DNA of 62,873 nucleotides, the filler included, from Stramenopiles sp. TOSAG23-2 (taxonomy: Eukaryota), in NCBI GenBank assembly GCA_900128395.1. It is 4 parts of 4 records of this genome, joined end to end, with 100 filler letters (N's around TTAATTAATTAA, not from the genome) between each part and the next. Parts side by side here need not be neighbours in the genome. Positions count along the whole stretch, not along the records: positions 31,530 to 47,184 come from LT649701.1; positions 47,285 to 62,873 come from LT649703.1; 2 more parts are not named here. One strand, written 5' to 3'. A program made the position numbers and the translations under genes. The notes beneath the pieces are model-generated. The model was not told where the DNA came from, made no database searches, and saw nothing but the letters and a program-made list of their open reading frames with translations. Below, one piece after another: positions 42,401-52,519 of the stretch (positions are counted from its first letter, which is position 1; every line of letters starts with the position of its first letter).

Positions 42401-45400
42401 CCCTCGTGGTGCCTGATGTAAATATAGTCTTAAACGTATCTACAAACGTATTAAACACATCGTCATTAATAGCGCAATATAGAGATAAATCAACCTGTTG
42501 CGGGATTTCTTGTTTTCTATTTTGCTTATAGCAATCCAACATTTTTTTTAGGACATTCTCCTTAATTTTTTTTAATCTTTTTGGAGAATTAGCATCTAGC
42601 GCTAGCACCAAAGGCAACTCATTGTCTGATTTCGCATAACAAACGCCCTCGCTGTACGTTTCAATAAATATATTTATTATGCTAGAATAAGAAGTCTTAG
42701 ATCTAAAATAATCTGCTCCAATGGCTAAATGCAACGGCATCTTCAATTCATTATTTACTTCATCAGCCCCTCCATGGCTTTCTTTCTTATCGTATTTTTT
42801 ACTTGCCTTTTTATGAAACGCGATTAAAGTATTTATCATCGCATCTGTCGCATATTTAGAGGAGGCTGCAAGATGTAGTGGTATACAACCTTTGTTGTCT
42901 TTCTTCGCCACAGACATATCTGAGAAAGATACTTTTGATTGCACTGACTCTTTTTTCTTTTCTTTTAAATATTCTTCTTCGATATCCAATAAACATTGTA
43001 CAATATGTGGGTTTTCGTTCGAGCTTGCAGCATGATGTAATGGGGTCATTTCATTATCATCGGATTTCTGTATCTCTTCCTTGTACTCTTTTGCAATCTT
43101 TTTCAAAACTTCCTCTGATGTAACATACTGTGCTGCTAAATGTAAAGTATAAATTCGCTTTTTCTTTTTCTTTTCCTCCTGTTGTTCCACATTACTGTTG
43201 TCATCCCCGCTGCCACCTCCTCCATCCAAACCTCCACTACCATCCTGCCCACCACTATCTGTCTCCGATTGCTGGACATTCTCTTGTTGATTTTCACTTT
43301 CCTCAGTCTCCTTCTGCTCTTTATACAATAATTCAAACACAGCAGGTGTAACTGTATTACTGATTATTGCAAGGTGCAATGGACTATACTGTTGATCATA
43401 TTTTTCATATTTTTCACCAATCCTCAATTTGGTATTAACTGGAATATTATAATCTATAAATGTTTTAATTATATCTAACGATCGGTTATTTTTTTTACCT
43501 TCTAGTAGAAATTTTGCATTAAAATTAGTATCAGAATTGACTATCCAATGAGATGCTGTTAAGCCACTACTATCATAGAATGTTTCAATTTTTTTTATAC
43601 TTTTTTGAAACTCTATATACATTTTAACCAAATCTTGTCCACAGCGAAACGCTGTTGCATAATGAAGAGGTGACATTTTATTACTGTCTTCAAGCAGCTT
43701 AATCATTTGCTCTTCGTCATCACTATTGTTTGGACTCGTCATTGGAGTCCTGTCGTCTGGATCTTCTATCTTGTCCAAAGGGATTTCATTTTCATTGGAA
43801 CCTTGTTTCAGTGGCATCTCTTCTTCTTCCAATTCACGATCCCCAGGCTTTTGAAACCGTTTAATTACATATTCTACAATATCCTTATTGGCATCTGCTT
43901 CTGCTAAATAATGCAATATGTTTCTATTGTTTGATCCTTTTCTTCTAATCAACGTTTCGTCTGCATCAAGAATTTTTTTAATTAAGTCCAAATCTGCCCC
44001 ATATTTACTTGCCCAATGAATTGGGTGATCCTGTGCAGGGACATCGCTGTTTTCCTTCGGCAGGGGGCATAACTCGTCGAAATACTTTTTCAAGCCATTG
44101 TTTTGTAATTCTCTCTCTTCGAACTCTATTTTAACCGCATCCCACAAGTTTGCTTTCATAAGTAACTCTAAAAGATTGATGTCAGTCCTGTTTGTTTTTT
44201 TCATTTTTTCCCACATTATATTTGCGGTTTTCTTGTTTTTTTTTTCTGCAGCAATTTCAAGGGGTAAACGACCAAGTCCATCTTTTTCAAACAGCATATC
44301 TTCCATTATATTAAACATTTCTTTCATCGCTTTTTCGGAATATATACCTTCCGCAACTAGATAATGTAAAACTGTACCTTTGATTGAGATTTTCATATCG
44401 TTGATGGATAAGTTGTTATGTCCCTCAATATCAATATTCCCACCTTTTTTAGTCGCCATTGTTATATCACCTGTATCCTCTTCGTGGATCAAAAGATTAG
44501 TTTTTGTAGGTCTTAAGCAAATATTTTTACTAGCATTGGGCTTCCAATTATTTTTCTTGCAATAACTTGAGTACGGAACAAAAAGTAAGCGATCGTCTTC
44601 GTCAATTTGACCAGAATTTGAATAGACTTTTTTAATTTTGTTCCATGAAGCAATGGCGCTACTATTACTCCCATTTGTAGGACTTCGGTTTTTTCTCTTT
44701 TTCGACTTTGGACTAGCTTTTTTTGTAATAATTGAAAAAATACCGCTTCTGCTTGTGTTTACACTTTTTTTTCTATTTTTGGTGTTGTTTTTATTCCCAG
44801 ACCATAATCTCATTGTACTGTAGTCGAGCTTGCTCGACGCTCTCGAAAGAGAGCGTCGTTTTCGATTAAATTCAATAACTTCCTCTACTCGACTTTGATG
44901 TTTCATAGCATCAATAACAGTGCGATATTCATCTGTTGGGGGGCCAAAATTCATTTTCGTTTCTCCATAATTAACGTTGTATGTGCCGTTTTTTATTGTC
45001 ATAGCCGGAAATAATCCTTCCTTAAATGAACAATCTGTTTTAAACACATTCATTGTTTGTCTCCATTTACCATTTATACTCATATGGAAATTAAAAGTTT
45101 TCTTTGGTCCATCGATATCAACTGCAATGCCAACAATGTCATTATCATTCCATTTGGCCTCTGGTGGCAATATGACTTTACCAGAGTAACCATTATGCCA
45201 TGCTCTTAATCTTTCGCCATCTGCAGCCCACGAATGTGTACAATCACCAACACCATATTCAGTGTGGCCTACAAATGGTTTAAACGTTGCATCTGCCCAT
45301 CCCAGTTGCGGGCATGGCCCATGCTTAACAACAGTACATTCATAGTATATCTTACCATGTTTAAATAAATATCCTCTTGCACCCCACGTTGAATATGCTT

Positions 45401-47129
45401 TGCAATGAAGTTCGTTTCCATTCGTACAGCTACTTTCATTATGATCACCTCGAATTAGCAATAATTTTGCATCTGTATACCAATCTTGCATATATTTATA
45501 AGCTGAAGAATCCTTAAGCGTACCAGTTAAAATTTGATAAACAGTACCTTTTTGTCGATATATCTGAGTTAAAAAAAATCGAACTTTTTTTCTAGTTTCA
45601 AAATCGCGAGAAATATTCCTGATACAGTTTGGATTATTTTGTACTATCAGCTTCACAATATCTACTAAATCACTAATATGACCATCCAATAGATCCTTTG
45701 TTGCACACTTTTCATACATATCCATACACAGAAATAGACATTTTATATCGACCAACACTTTTTCCTCTTGTTGTAGCATTTTTTTAGCTTCCTCAAATTG
45801 AGAACATTGAATTGCTAAATAAAGAGTTCTTTTATCGTCCAATTTGTTCCATAATATACGTATTAACCTTTCTTTATGGTTCATTCTAGCTGCAATTTGT
45901 ACGGGGAATATGTTGCAATCATCTTTAACAGAACACATTTTTGGATATTCATTTACTATGATATCAAATAATTCCATGTCAACGACGGGTTTATCTAACA
46001 ATGTATGTAAAATTGTTCCTCGGGACAAATATTTTATTAAATCTTTTCTCTTGAATATAGCATTTAAAGTGGTATGTTTTATCGGATCTTTGAGCCAATA
46101 TTTATCGTTTTTTTCGTCAACACTGCTAATAACATATTTTTGTCCAATTGTGACTTCTTTATTTCTTTTTGAAGTCACCGATACTTCCAATCCAATTTTA
46201 AGTTTAAAATCGTCTGGAAACCACGGATTACCTAATTTTTTATTAATATTATTTGGTTGTACTGAAGATAGCGACTTACGTAAAATAGTCTTAGCTAAAG
46301 TTGACGATATGTTGCTTTGAAAAGCTACATGTAAAGGCAGTTCGTTTGCATTGTTTCGGTGCAACAAACAATCGCTTGCAACCTCATCCAAATTTGTCAG
46401 TAACACATTACATTTATCCTGAAGCAAATTTATTTCCCAAAAGTAATCCTCGTCTTGTGGCTTTCCTTTTTTTAAATATGGGATAAAATCATCGTTCTCC
46501 ATCCTGATTTTTATTGCACTGTTATGTTGAACTGATTGAAACGCTACTTGTCCATTGCGGGCATAGAGTTCAAATATTTCAAAGTCACCTAATGTGTCGC
46601 TATCCCATTTTAGTTTTTCTGGCGTGGAAGCTTGTAGATATTTACCATGGGATCCCTTTAATCCAACTTGATTTTTCTTCTGTTTTTCCAACTTCAGCAT
46701 AACAGGATCTACCTTTTGCCCCGTTTTACTCAGTCCTCCGTTATCCATTAAATCGATTTTTTCTTGTATTAATTGTTTTATTTTAGATGTTTTCCCTTTC
46801 TTTAACGGTGTGTGACCATCTTCGCCTGCTTTCAATAGGGATGGGCCAATGTTTGGGTGAGCTAGTAATAATTCTACAATACTCTGTCTACCCTCCCAAC
46901 TACACATCAATAATGGGCATCGATTTTTGTACCCACCTTTATTTATATCAATTGTAGGTTGTGCAAGCAATAATTTACAAACTTCATAATGTCCACTTGC
47001 ACTTGCCCTTGCCAAGGGGGTATTATAATTCGAATTTGGCGCCTTCTCATTAATATCTTCTCCGCATTCAATTAATGTTTTGCAATCTTCAACATTCCCT
47101 TCATATGCCGCTTTACATAATGGAGATTG
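39465..47129 (-). CDS. Giant ankyrin / fascin-like / SPRY / ankyrin / polycystin-2 (TRPP)-type cation channel, 5' partial (>2550 aa)
   Basis: Frame continues upstream of the track ORF (QSPLCKAAYEGNVEDCKTLI). Many TPLH-type ankyrin repeats; SPRY (GKIYYE..PQLGWA..GVGD..SWAADG); TOP domain (FWQWVDGPF, GNIRIRQVR, EFSLYN); pore and S6 (LGDF, LMNIFIGVV). Confidence 0.85.
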   Translation of the reverse strand, partial: QSPLCKAAYEGNVEDCKTLIECGEDINEKAPNSNYNTPLARASASGHYEVCKLLLAQPTIDINKGGYKNRCPLLMCSWEGRQSIVELLLAHPNIGPSLLKAGEDGHTPLKKGKTSKIKQLIQEKIDLMDNGGLSKTGQKVDPVMLKLEKQKKNQVGLKGSHGKYLQASTPEKLKWDSDTLGDFEIFELYARNGQVAFQSVQHNSAIKIRMENDDFIPYLKKGKPQDEDYFWEINLLQDKCNVLLTNLDEVASDCLLHRNNANELPLHVAFQSNISSTLAKTILRKSLSSVQPNNINKKLGNPWFPDDFKLKIGLEVSVTSKRNKEVTIGQKYVISSVDEKNDKYWLKDPIKHTTLNAIFKRKDLIKYLSRGTILHTLLDKPVVDMELFDIIVNEYPKMCSVKDDCNIFPVQIAARMNHKERLIRILWNKLDDKRTLYLAIQCSQFEEAKKMLQQEEKVLVDIKCLFLCMDMYEKCATKDLLDGHISDLVDIVKLIVQNNPNCIRNISRDFETRKKVRFFLTQIYRQKGTVYQILTGTLKDSSAYKYMQDWYTDAKLLLIRGDHNESSCTNGNELHCKAYSTWGARGYLFKHGKIYYECTVVKHGPCPQLGWADATFKPFVGHTEYGVGDCTHSWAADGERLRAWHNGYSGKVILPPEAKWNDNDIVGIAVDIDGPKKTFNFHMSINGKWRQTMNVFKTDCSFKEGLFPAMTIKNGTYNVNYGETKMNFGPPTDEYRTVIDAMKHQSRVEEVIEFNRKRRSLSRASSKLDYSTMRLWSGNKNNTKNRKKSVNTSRSGIFSIITKKASPKSKKRKNRSPTNGSNSSAIASWNKIKKVYSNSGQIDEDDRLLFVPYSSYCKKNNWKPNASKNICLRPTKTNLLIHEEDTGDITMATKKGGNIDIEGHNNLSINDMKISIKGTVLHYLVAEGIYSEKAMKEMFNIMEDMLFEKDGLGRLPLEIAAEKKNKKTANIMWEKMKKTNRTDINLLELLMKANLWDAVKIEFEERELQNNGLKKYFDELCPLPKENSDVPAQDHPIHWASKYGADLDLIKKILDADETLIRRKGSNNRNILHYLAEADANKDIVEYVIKRFQKPGDRELEEEEMPLKQGSNENEIPLDKIEDPDDRTPMTSPNNSDDEEQMIKLLEDSNKMSPLHYATAFRCGQDLVKMYIEFQKSIKKIETFYDSSGLTASHWIVNSDTNFNAKFLLEGKKNNRSLDIIKTFIDYNIPVNTKLRIGEKYEKYDQQYSPLHLAIISNTVTPAVFELLYKEQKETEESENQQENVQQSETDSGGQDGSGGLDGGGGSGDDNSNVEQQEEKKKKKRIYTLHLAAQYVTSEEVLKKIAKEYKEEIQKSDDNEMTPLHHAASSNENPHIVQCLLDIEEEYLKEKKKESVQSKVSFSDMSVAKKDNKGCIPLHLAASSKYATDAMINTLIAFHKKASKKYDKKESHGGADEVNNELKMPLHLAIGADYFRSKTSYSSIINIFIETYSEGVCYAKSDNELPLVLALDANSPKRLKKIKENVLKKMLDCYKQNRKQEIPQQVDLSLYCAINDDVFNTFVDTFKTIFTSGTTRGLGQRLTHLYPQLFKGKEIINHKKNLKWKYWFYLHTSVFEGIELMKLNHKDIDCGLANLIKYIDKYTVLEKDFEDIPIVDTPLSDMFHMIGEISSSSIINSNSSKFWLKPILDEIEANKTNDTEAYPLLIAPLAHAVRNGCIPAIIALSEGDCDPVRTCFPKDLHWNVCAYDLANCASRAKKMNDVDKSKWKLGMEAMRKTRSTKKYRNQKALNRLFTFQKVPLELITITLFILIGIFTSTGGGDTQHLRFANHITELFVDEEFDPEDAHIEKIFFDIANIDEFWQWVDGPFYKGLYPDHDVYINGRKAIDEVTVIIGNIRIRQVRAKPTQCKNSIGVHTTSLPTDGCHSDPVSDVSLVQKESFGPGGKYKYTDPSLESNEEAKLYEQTFVGDRLWQYYYLSGGHNVYLPGGNGTRAAEILAELKNDKFVSTKDGTRLMLFEFSLYNSHIDRVLAVRLMVEFWVGGGTHSNIDVTVLGFTDLATTFGQNLLQTILMLIFVIRALVEVNEMAWGNLRSIAGSVQFGKASTDESSEMNNRLDYDTVRKYGLTLGEFSWKPYTCWNQNATIFPERFTKIQKKLQVSKTKLQKSVAKVITVDRLNPINSKIAELTLLQKHSKKRNTCCKHLMNSIGNFLATFQIFLFVLAQLVGCCGSCLVRRLTKSRKNDLHGSSQLGMEHRYHNQCFSMWWQSVRRNKYFSAGWNIYELVLIAMYFAYWTMQWYKEQFENQVRPKIVSALSTGEETYIPLDRLSWLTTESQDWVAVLFIFISVHLLRIMTEIPFGIGERVMAILKVFGHRDIIPFYITIVVVLFSFAIGFHFAYANEINEYRFFYSSFLNILLASLGDFGIGMDHMMDSTIWISYIFILMVIFIIALVLMNIFIGVVSMVYEKSERESILSFNKQLDRYMLDEIPDEEKRDIEKCLSPEFLESVAESQLSATEYSEKSANKPKTDSIIMALKKDTQEMKEMIKSLAARVK

Positions 47130-47184
47130 GTTGAAGTAAATGAAATGGCATGGGGAAATTTAAGAAGCATAGCAGGTTCCGTCC

Positions 47185-47284
47185 NNNNNNNNNNNNNNNN
47201 NNNNNNNNNNNNNNNNNNNNNNNNNNNNTTAATTAATTAANNNNNNNNNNNNNNNNNNNNNNNNNNNNNNNNNNNNNNNNNNNN
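47185..47284. other. Artificial contig linker
   Basis: N-run, TTAATTAATTAA, N-run. Confidence 0.97.
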
Positions 47285-47821
47285 AACTATAGGTATTCTA
47301 ATTAAGGCATTTAAATATGATTTTAATATGAAGATATCAATTGTAAAATCGTAAAATCTGATTATTTTCAAAACTACATACGAGAATATGGTTATTCTAA
47401 TTAAGGCATTTAAATATGAAATCTGAATAAATCTTAGCATAGGAATAGCATAATAATAGAGTTGTAGAGTAGGGTTCGAGCGGTTATGTGTATGTCCCGA
47501 AATATAATCTGAATTTATCCAATAATATAGATGAAATAGATTAAGATAGATATGCAAATAAAATAATTTATAATATATATGCAAATGCAAATGGGGACAA
47601 ACATAACGATAGTTCATTATCATCCATAGATTTTTTGTTTTTTAATATATATGCAAATGCAAATGGGGACAAACATAACGATAGTTCATTATCATCCATA
47701 GTTTTTTTGTTTTTTTTTTCTCTATACAAAAACTACTATATCCAAGAAACGATTTGTAAATAGCAAAGATAATTATTTTTAATAATAGAATTGATTGTAA
47801 TATAATAATAATAATAGATCC

Positions 47822-48757
47822 ATGTTATTCATTCCATTCATGTTAAAACAATTTTTTATTTTATTAATAATAGCCACCGTTACGACAATAATAGTATATG
47901 GAAAATATCATAACTCTGCAGACGACTACCAACAGCAACCAAAGCCACGATTAGTTTTTAAAACATCGATACGTATTGCAGAAGCATTTTCAGAGTCACC
48001 TGGTGCTACTGGTGGTGATGGATGTATAGCCGCAGAGGCATATTTGAAATCTGGTAATATAGCAATATCAAAAGTAGCATTTGATGGAGTAAAAGGTAGG
48101 TTACGACAAAATAATGCTAACTTGGAAAAAAAACCAACGCAAAATATTACAAATATTGGTAGATGGGATTTGAAAAAACCACAAGAATGGGATTTAACTA
48201 CTGTGAATAGCAACGATACAATTTGCAAGACAGAATTGTTACCGCCTGTCATGTGTCCAAATGGAACGCTTCCTCCTAGTTGCCCACCTACATTTGGATC
48301 GTGGGGAGGATTGAATATGTTTACCTCCATACTTGGCATGTGGTATCCAAATACAACAAAATTGAAAGCAACGCCAACATATGATGTATATCAATATGTT
48401 GATGTAAAGGAAACATTAATACCAAATGAAGGTTGTGGTACATCATCTTGTAATATGAAGAATTGTGGTAAATGCATAGATCGAACTGGTAATGTCTGTA
48501 CAAAATGCCCATGTGAGAATTGTATTGTAAATGTAAATGTCACACGAAATTATACCTATACAGTATCGAACAAACAGGAAAAAGATGGATCACATCAATT
48601 AATTCGATATTATTGGACACAGGGAATCCCGTTAACCAAATCTGGTGCATCCCCTGGCATTGGTCGTGATTGTTTTCTATTTGATTGGAGTCAAAATTGG
48701 AGCCCAGATGTTGATGATAATGATTTTGCACCACCAAAAGGATTAACATGTGATTGA
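47822..48757 (+). CDS. Secreted Cys-rich protein, possibly ependymin-related fold
   Basis: Signal peptide; FDGVKGRLRQ, C..ELLP and terminal FAPP...C resemble ependymin-related proteins; extra Cys-rich insert. Family assignment is tentative. Confidence 0.55.
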   Translation: MLFIPFMLKQFFILLIIATVTTIIVYGKYHNSADDYQQQPKPRLVFKTSIRIAEAFSESPGATGGDGCIAAEAYLKSGNIAISKVAFDGVKGRLRQNNANLEKKPTQNITNIGRWDLKKPQEWDLTTVNSNDTICKTELLPPVMCPNGTLPPSCPPTFGSWGGLNMFTSILGMWYPNTTKLKATPTYDVYQYVDVKETLIPNEGCGTSSCNMKNCGKCIDRTGNVCTKCPCENCIVNVNVTRNYTYTVSNKQEKDGSHQLIRYYWTQGIPLTKSGASPGIGRDCFLFDWSQNWSPDVDDNDFAPPKGLTCD

Positions 48758-48944
48758 GAGAGAGAGAGAGTGTGTGTGTACATACTAAAAGAGGAGAGTC
48801 GTGTGTTCCATTTAAGTATACATATTATTTGAGAGAGAGAGAGAGTGTGTGTGTACATACTAAAAGAGGAGAGTCGTGTGTTCCATTTAAGTATACATAT
48901 TATTTATCATATATAATTCCTTTTTCTATTTCTTCTTATTTATT

Positions 48945-50180
48945 AGATATATTACTACCTCCCGTCCTTTTGGACCAACCCTAAATTTTAAGTAAATCAC
49001 TTAAAAAACGTGCTTTGATCTTATATAGGTGGATTAAAGTATACGACAATAAATGTATATCTATAGTACTATTTAGTTAAAAATAGAATATATTGTATAA
49101 TATATTGACAAAATATAGTGGGGTAGTAGTGAAAAGTGTACACATTAGCATATAAATACAGGGTAAAAACGTGATTTTTAAAAACGAGTAGGTGTCAAAA
49201 GTTGGTGTATTTATCCTATATGCACTTTTACTGTAATGCTTTTACTGTAATGCTATGTACATACTATAGATATAATATAGACACAGCACTAATGCCAATT
49301 GAACCAACTAAAGTATTATAATCTATTCTGAAATGAGAAACTCAATCTATAACGATTGAAGTTTCTAGCTTAAGTAACGCTCCTCAGACGATTCATCTTT
49401 TTATTTATTGTTATCAAAAACTATGCGAGTTGGTAAATGTTCAAACTATGAACGAAGTGCATTTCGAAGCATATTACGATCATGGACATTCTTCATACAA
49501 CGGCGTCAATACCAATGTATGTACATAAATGTATTATTCGAATAATAAGTACATATTATTGTATACTACAATTATATAAATATTCTATCAAAATAATACA
49601 TACATCTACATTTTGTCCTTGGAAAATTTTTTCAAATTTGTATTTTTATTCAATATAATCATACACGGCAAATCTTTATGTACTATATTTTCCAACATAT
49701 CAATGATATTGATTCATTTTAATAAATATATATGTATTGAACATGTTATATTATGTAGTATTATTCGATTAATAAGTACATATTATTATATACTAAAATT
49801 GTATAAATATGCTATCAAAATATTGTAGCTTAGCAGCGCCGTAGTATTGCTTTACTATATTTATTTTGATAGGACTTTTGTGCATTTTTGTGCATAGAAG
49901 ACAGTAATTGTATGCTAATTTCAATACTGGATAGTAAACTAAGGCCTTTGACCTAACTTTTGTGCATAGAAGACAGTAATTGTATGCTAATTTCAAGTAA
50001 TTTCAAGTAATTTCAAGTACAAGGGATAGTAAAGTAAGGGCCCTGAGTGGATACAATACGTTTTTTATTATATTATATTTGAGTACATCATACAAATTTT
50101 TTACAACAAACTCATATTTTTAAGGGAAGTTGGTTGAAAAGGGGGGTTGGTCCAAAAGGACGGGAGGTAGTAATATATCT
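48945..50180. mobile_element. Non-autonomous Tc1/mariner (Stowaway-like) DNA transposon, ~1.2 kb
   Basis: Perfect 37-bp inverted repeat 48945-48981 / 50144-50180; core TA|CTACCTCCCGTCC resembles the Stowaway/plant-mariner terminus TA|CTCCCTCCGTCC; internal direct repeats; no transposase ORF. Confidence 0.8.
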
Positions 50181-50560
50181 TATTTATTACCAGATTAATT
50201 AAATACGACACTTCGTTATAACTAAAAACATATAGAAAAAATGAAACATATGAATATAGTTCGTAATCAAATATATAAACAATTAAATACGACACTTCGT
50301 TATAACTAAAAACATATAGAAAAAATGAAACATATGAAAATAGTTCGTAATCAAACATATAAACGTATATATATATATATATATATTGTTTGATCATTTA
50401 TTGCATTAACGATTTCATATAGCTATAGTAATAAAAAGAAAATACACGATATTTTTGTATAAATAATATACACGCTCTGTTTATATATATTATACAAATT
50501 AATTTTATTATTTTTAATAAATATATATTTAAAAATAGAAATACATTTTAGAATAAAATC

Positions 50561-52258
50561 ATGTTTTTACGTTGTGTTATTTCCAATACGTTGAAAAAAA
50601 ATATCAACAATGCAAGAATAAAATCAATTAGTGGTAAACAACAACGTCAATTATTTGTCTTATCAACAAGAAAAACCATCGCTGCTGCTCCAACAACGTT
50701 GGCTTCTTCTAAATTTCAATTTATTAAACCATTGTCTACTACTAGTAGTGCTACAACTAGTACTTCAAATTATACCCCTGAATTAGAACAATTTACAAAA
50801 TCATTTTTAGAGGAAGTGAAAGATGTTCCACATGCAACAGATCCAGCTCAATCTAGTAAAATCTTGCGTCAATTATGTAAAACAGAGTTATTGAAATTTA
50901 CAGACATGAGAGATAATCCAGAAAAGTTTTTCATGGCACATCGATTATTATCTACTGTTGGTTTAGGTGGTTTTGGTATTCGTTTTACAGTTCAATTTAA
51001 TTTATTTGCTGGAAGTTTGGTGGGGCTTGCTAGTGAAGAACAATTAAAAATGTTAGATGAGATTCAAAAAGAAGGTAAACTTGGTTGTTTTTTATTAACG
51101 GAAATGCAAGCTGGTGTATTATCTGGTTTAATTGTTGAAACGACGGTTGATTGGGATAGTAACAATCAAGAATTTGTTTTAAATACACCTAGTGATAAAG
51201 CTGCGAAAAATTGGATAAGTCAAGGTTTTGTAGCAGATTGTGGTGTGATTATTGCTAATTTACGAATCGATGGAGAATCGTATGGGCCACATGCATTTTA
51301 TATGGATTTAAGAGATGGGAATAAAAATTTATTACCTGGTATACGTATTGAAGATATGGGTGTCAAAACAATTGCAAATGATTTAGACAATGCACGTGTC
51401 TGGTTTGATAATGTGAAATTACCAAAAAATGCATTATTAAATAAATTTGCAGATATCAATGATAATAATGAATATGTTCAAGTTACGGATGAACGTATGA
51501 GAATCGAAGTGATTGGTCAACGTTTATTAACGGGTAGAATTGCAATTGCAGAAGCTGCATTGTTTTCTGCACGTGTATTGCATATGAAAACGGAAGAATA
51601 TGCAACTCAAAAAATATGCAATGGATTAACTGGTGAAACAACATTAAGCAATATGCCTCAATTAAAAAATGTTTTAAATAATTCATATGCAAAAATTGAT
51701 AAAATGATTAGTTTTACAGCAGCTGTAGAAAATGATTTAAATGATTGTTTACGAAATGATCGTATACCAGATGATGAATTAGTTGAAAAAATTGCTGTAT
51801 GTAAAATTAAATGCATTGAAGTAGCCATTGAATGCGCACATGCATTGCAATTAGAAGTTGGTTCCTACGCTTTGATGCATGATACCGGGTTTGAATTATT
51901 TGATATGTTATTATGTTGTAAATTTGCTGAAGGGGATAGTAGAATATTGCAACAAAAATTGACACGCGATCGTTTAAATCGTGTAAGAAAAGATGGTGTA
52001 TTTAGTACATTAACTGAATTTTCAAAAGAATCATGGTCTTCATTGCAATTGGCAAATAAAATGAAATCCGCTGGTAGAGATTTAGATAAAATTGCTAAAG
52101 CATTGGATGACAATTGGAAGGAAGTGTATGATTTAGCAGATCAAGTATGCGAACGCCATATACAAAACACACCCGGTAGTGCCTTTCTTGAACCATGCGT
52201 CAATCGTTTAAAAGGTGCAGATTTTGATTTTGATAAAGAATGGAAAGATAAGATATAA
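50561..52258 (+). CDS. Acyl-CoA oxidase/dehydrogenase family flavoprotein with mitochondrial-type presequence
   Basis: RFTVQFNLFAG, GCFLLTE, FVLNTP..AAKNWIS, DMGVKT..NDLDNARVWFDNV, FAEGDSRIL. Confidence 0.85.
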   Translation: MFLRCVISNTLKKNINNARIKSISGKQQRQLFVLSTRKTIAAAPTTLASSKFQFIKPLSTTSSATTSTSNYTPELEQFTKSFLEEVKDVPHATDPAQSSKILRQLCKTELLKFTDMRDNPEKFFMAHRLLSTVGLGGFGIRFTVQFNLFAGSLVGLASEEQLKMLDEIQKEGKLGCFLLTEMQAGVLSGLIVETTVDWDSNNQEFVLNTPSDKAAKNWISQGFVADCGVIIANLRIDGESYGPHAFYMDLRDGNKNLLPGIRIEDMGVKTIANDLDNARVWFDNVKLPKNALLNKFADINDNNEYVQVTDERMRIEVIGQRLLTGRIAIAEAALFSARVLHMKTEEYATQKICNGLTGETTLSNMPQLKNVLNNSYAKIDKMISFTAAVENDLNDCLRNDRIPDDELVEKIAVCKIKCIEVAIECAHALQLEVGSYALMHDTGFELFDMLLCCKFAEGDSRILQQKLTRDRLNRVRKDGVFSTLTEFSKESWSSLQLANKMKSAGRDLDKIAKALDDNWKEVYDLADQVCERHIQNTPGSAFLEPCVNRLKGADFDFDKEWKDKI

Positions 52259-52519
52259 ATGCAAATGGAAAACGGAAAGAAAGAATTTAATGAAGAAAGG
52301 GGAGGGATACAAAAATAAAAGCGTTTAAAAGGTGCAGATTTTGATTTTGATAAAGAATGGAAAGATAAGATATAAATGCAAATGGAAAACGGAAAGAAAG
52401 AATTTAATGAAGAAAGGGGAGGGATACAAAAATAAAAGTGTGCGTGGTTAAAAATATTTCATGTCATGTTTTAAAATATAAATTATAAAAAACTATATTT
52501 GAGATGCAAATGTTTCTCA

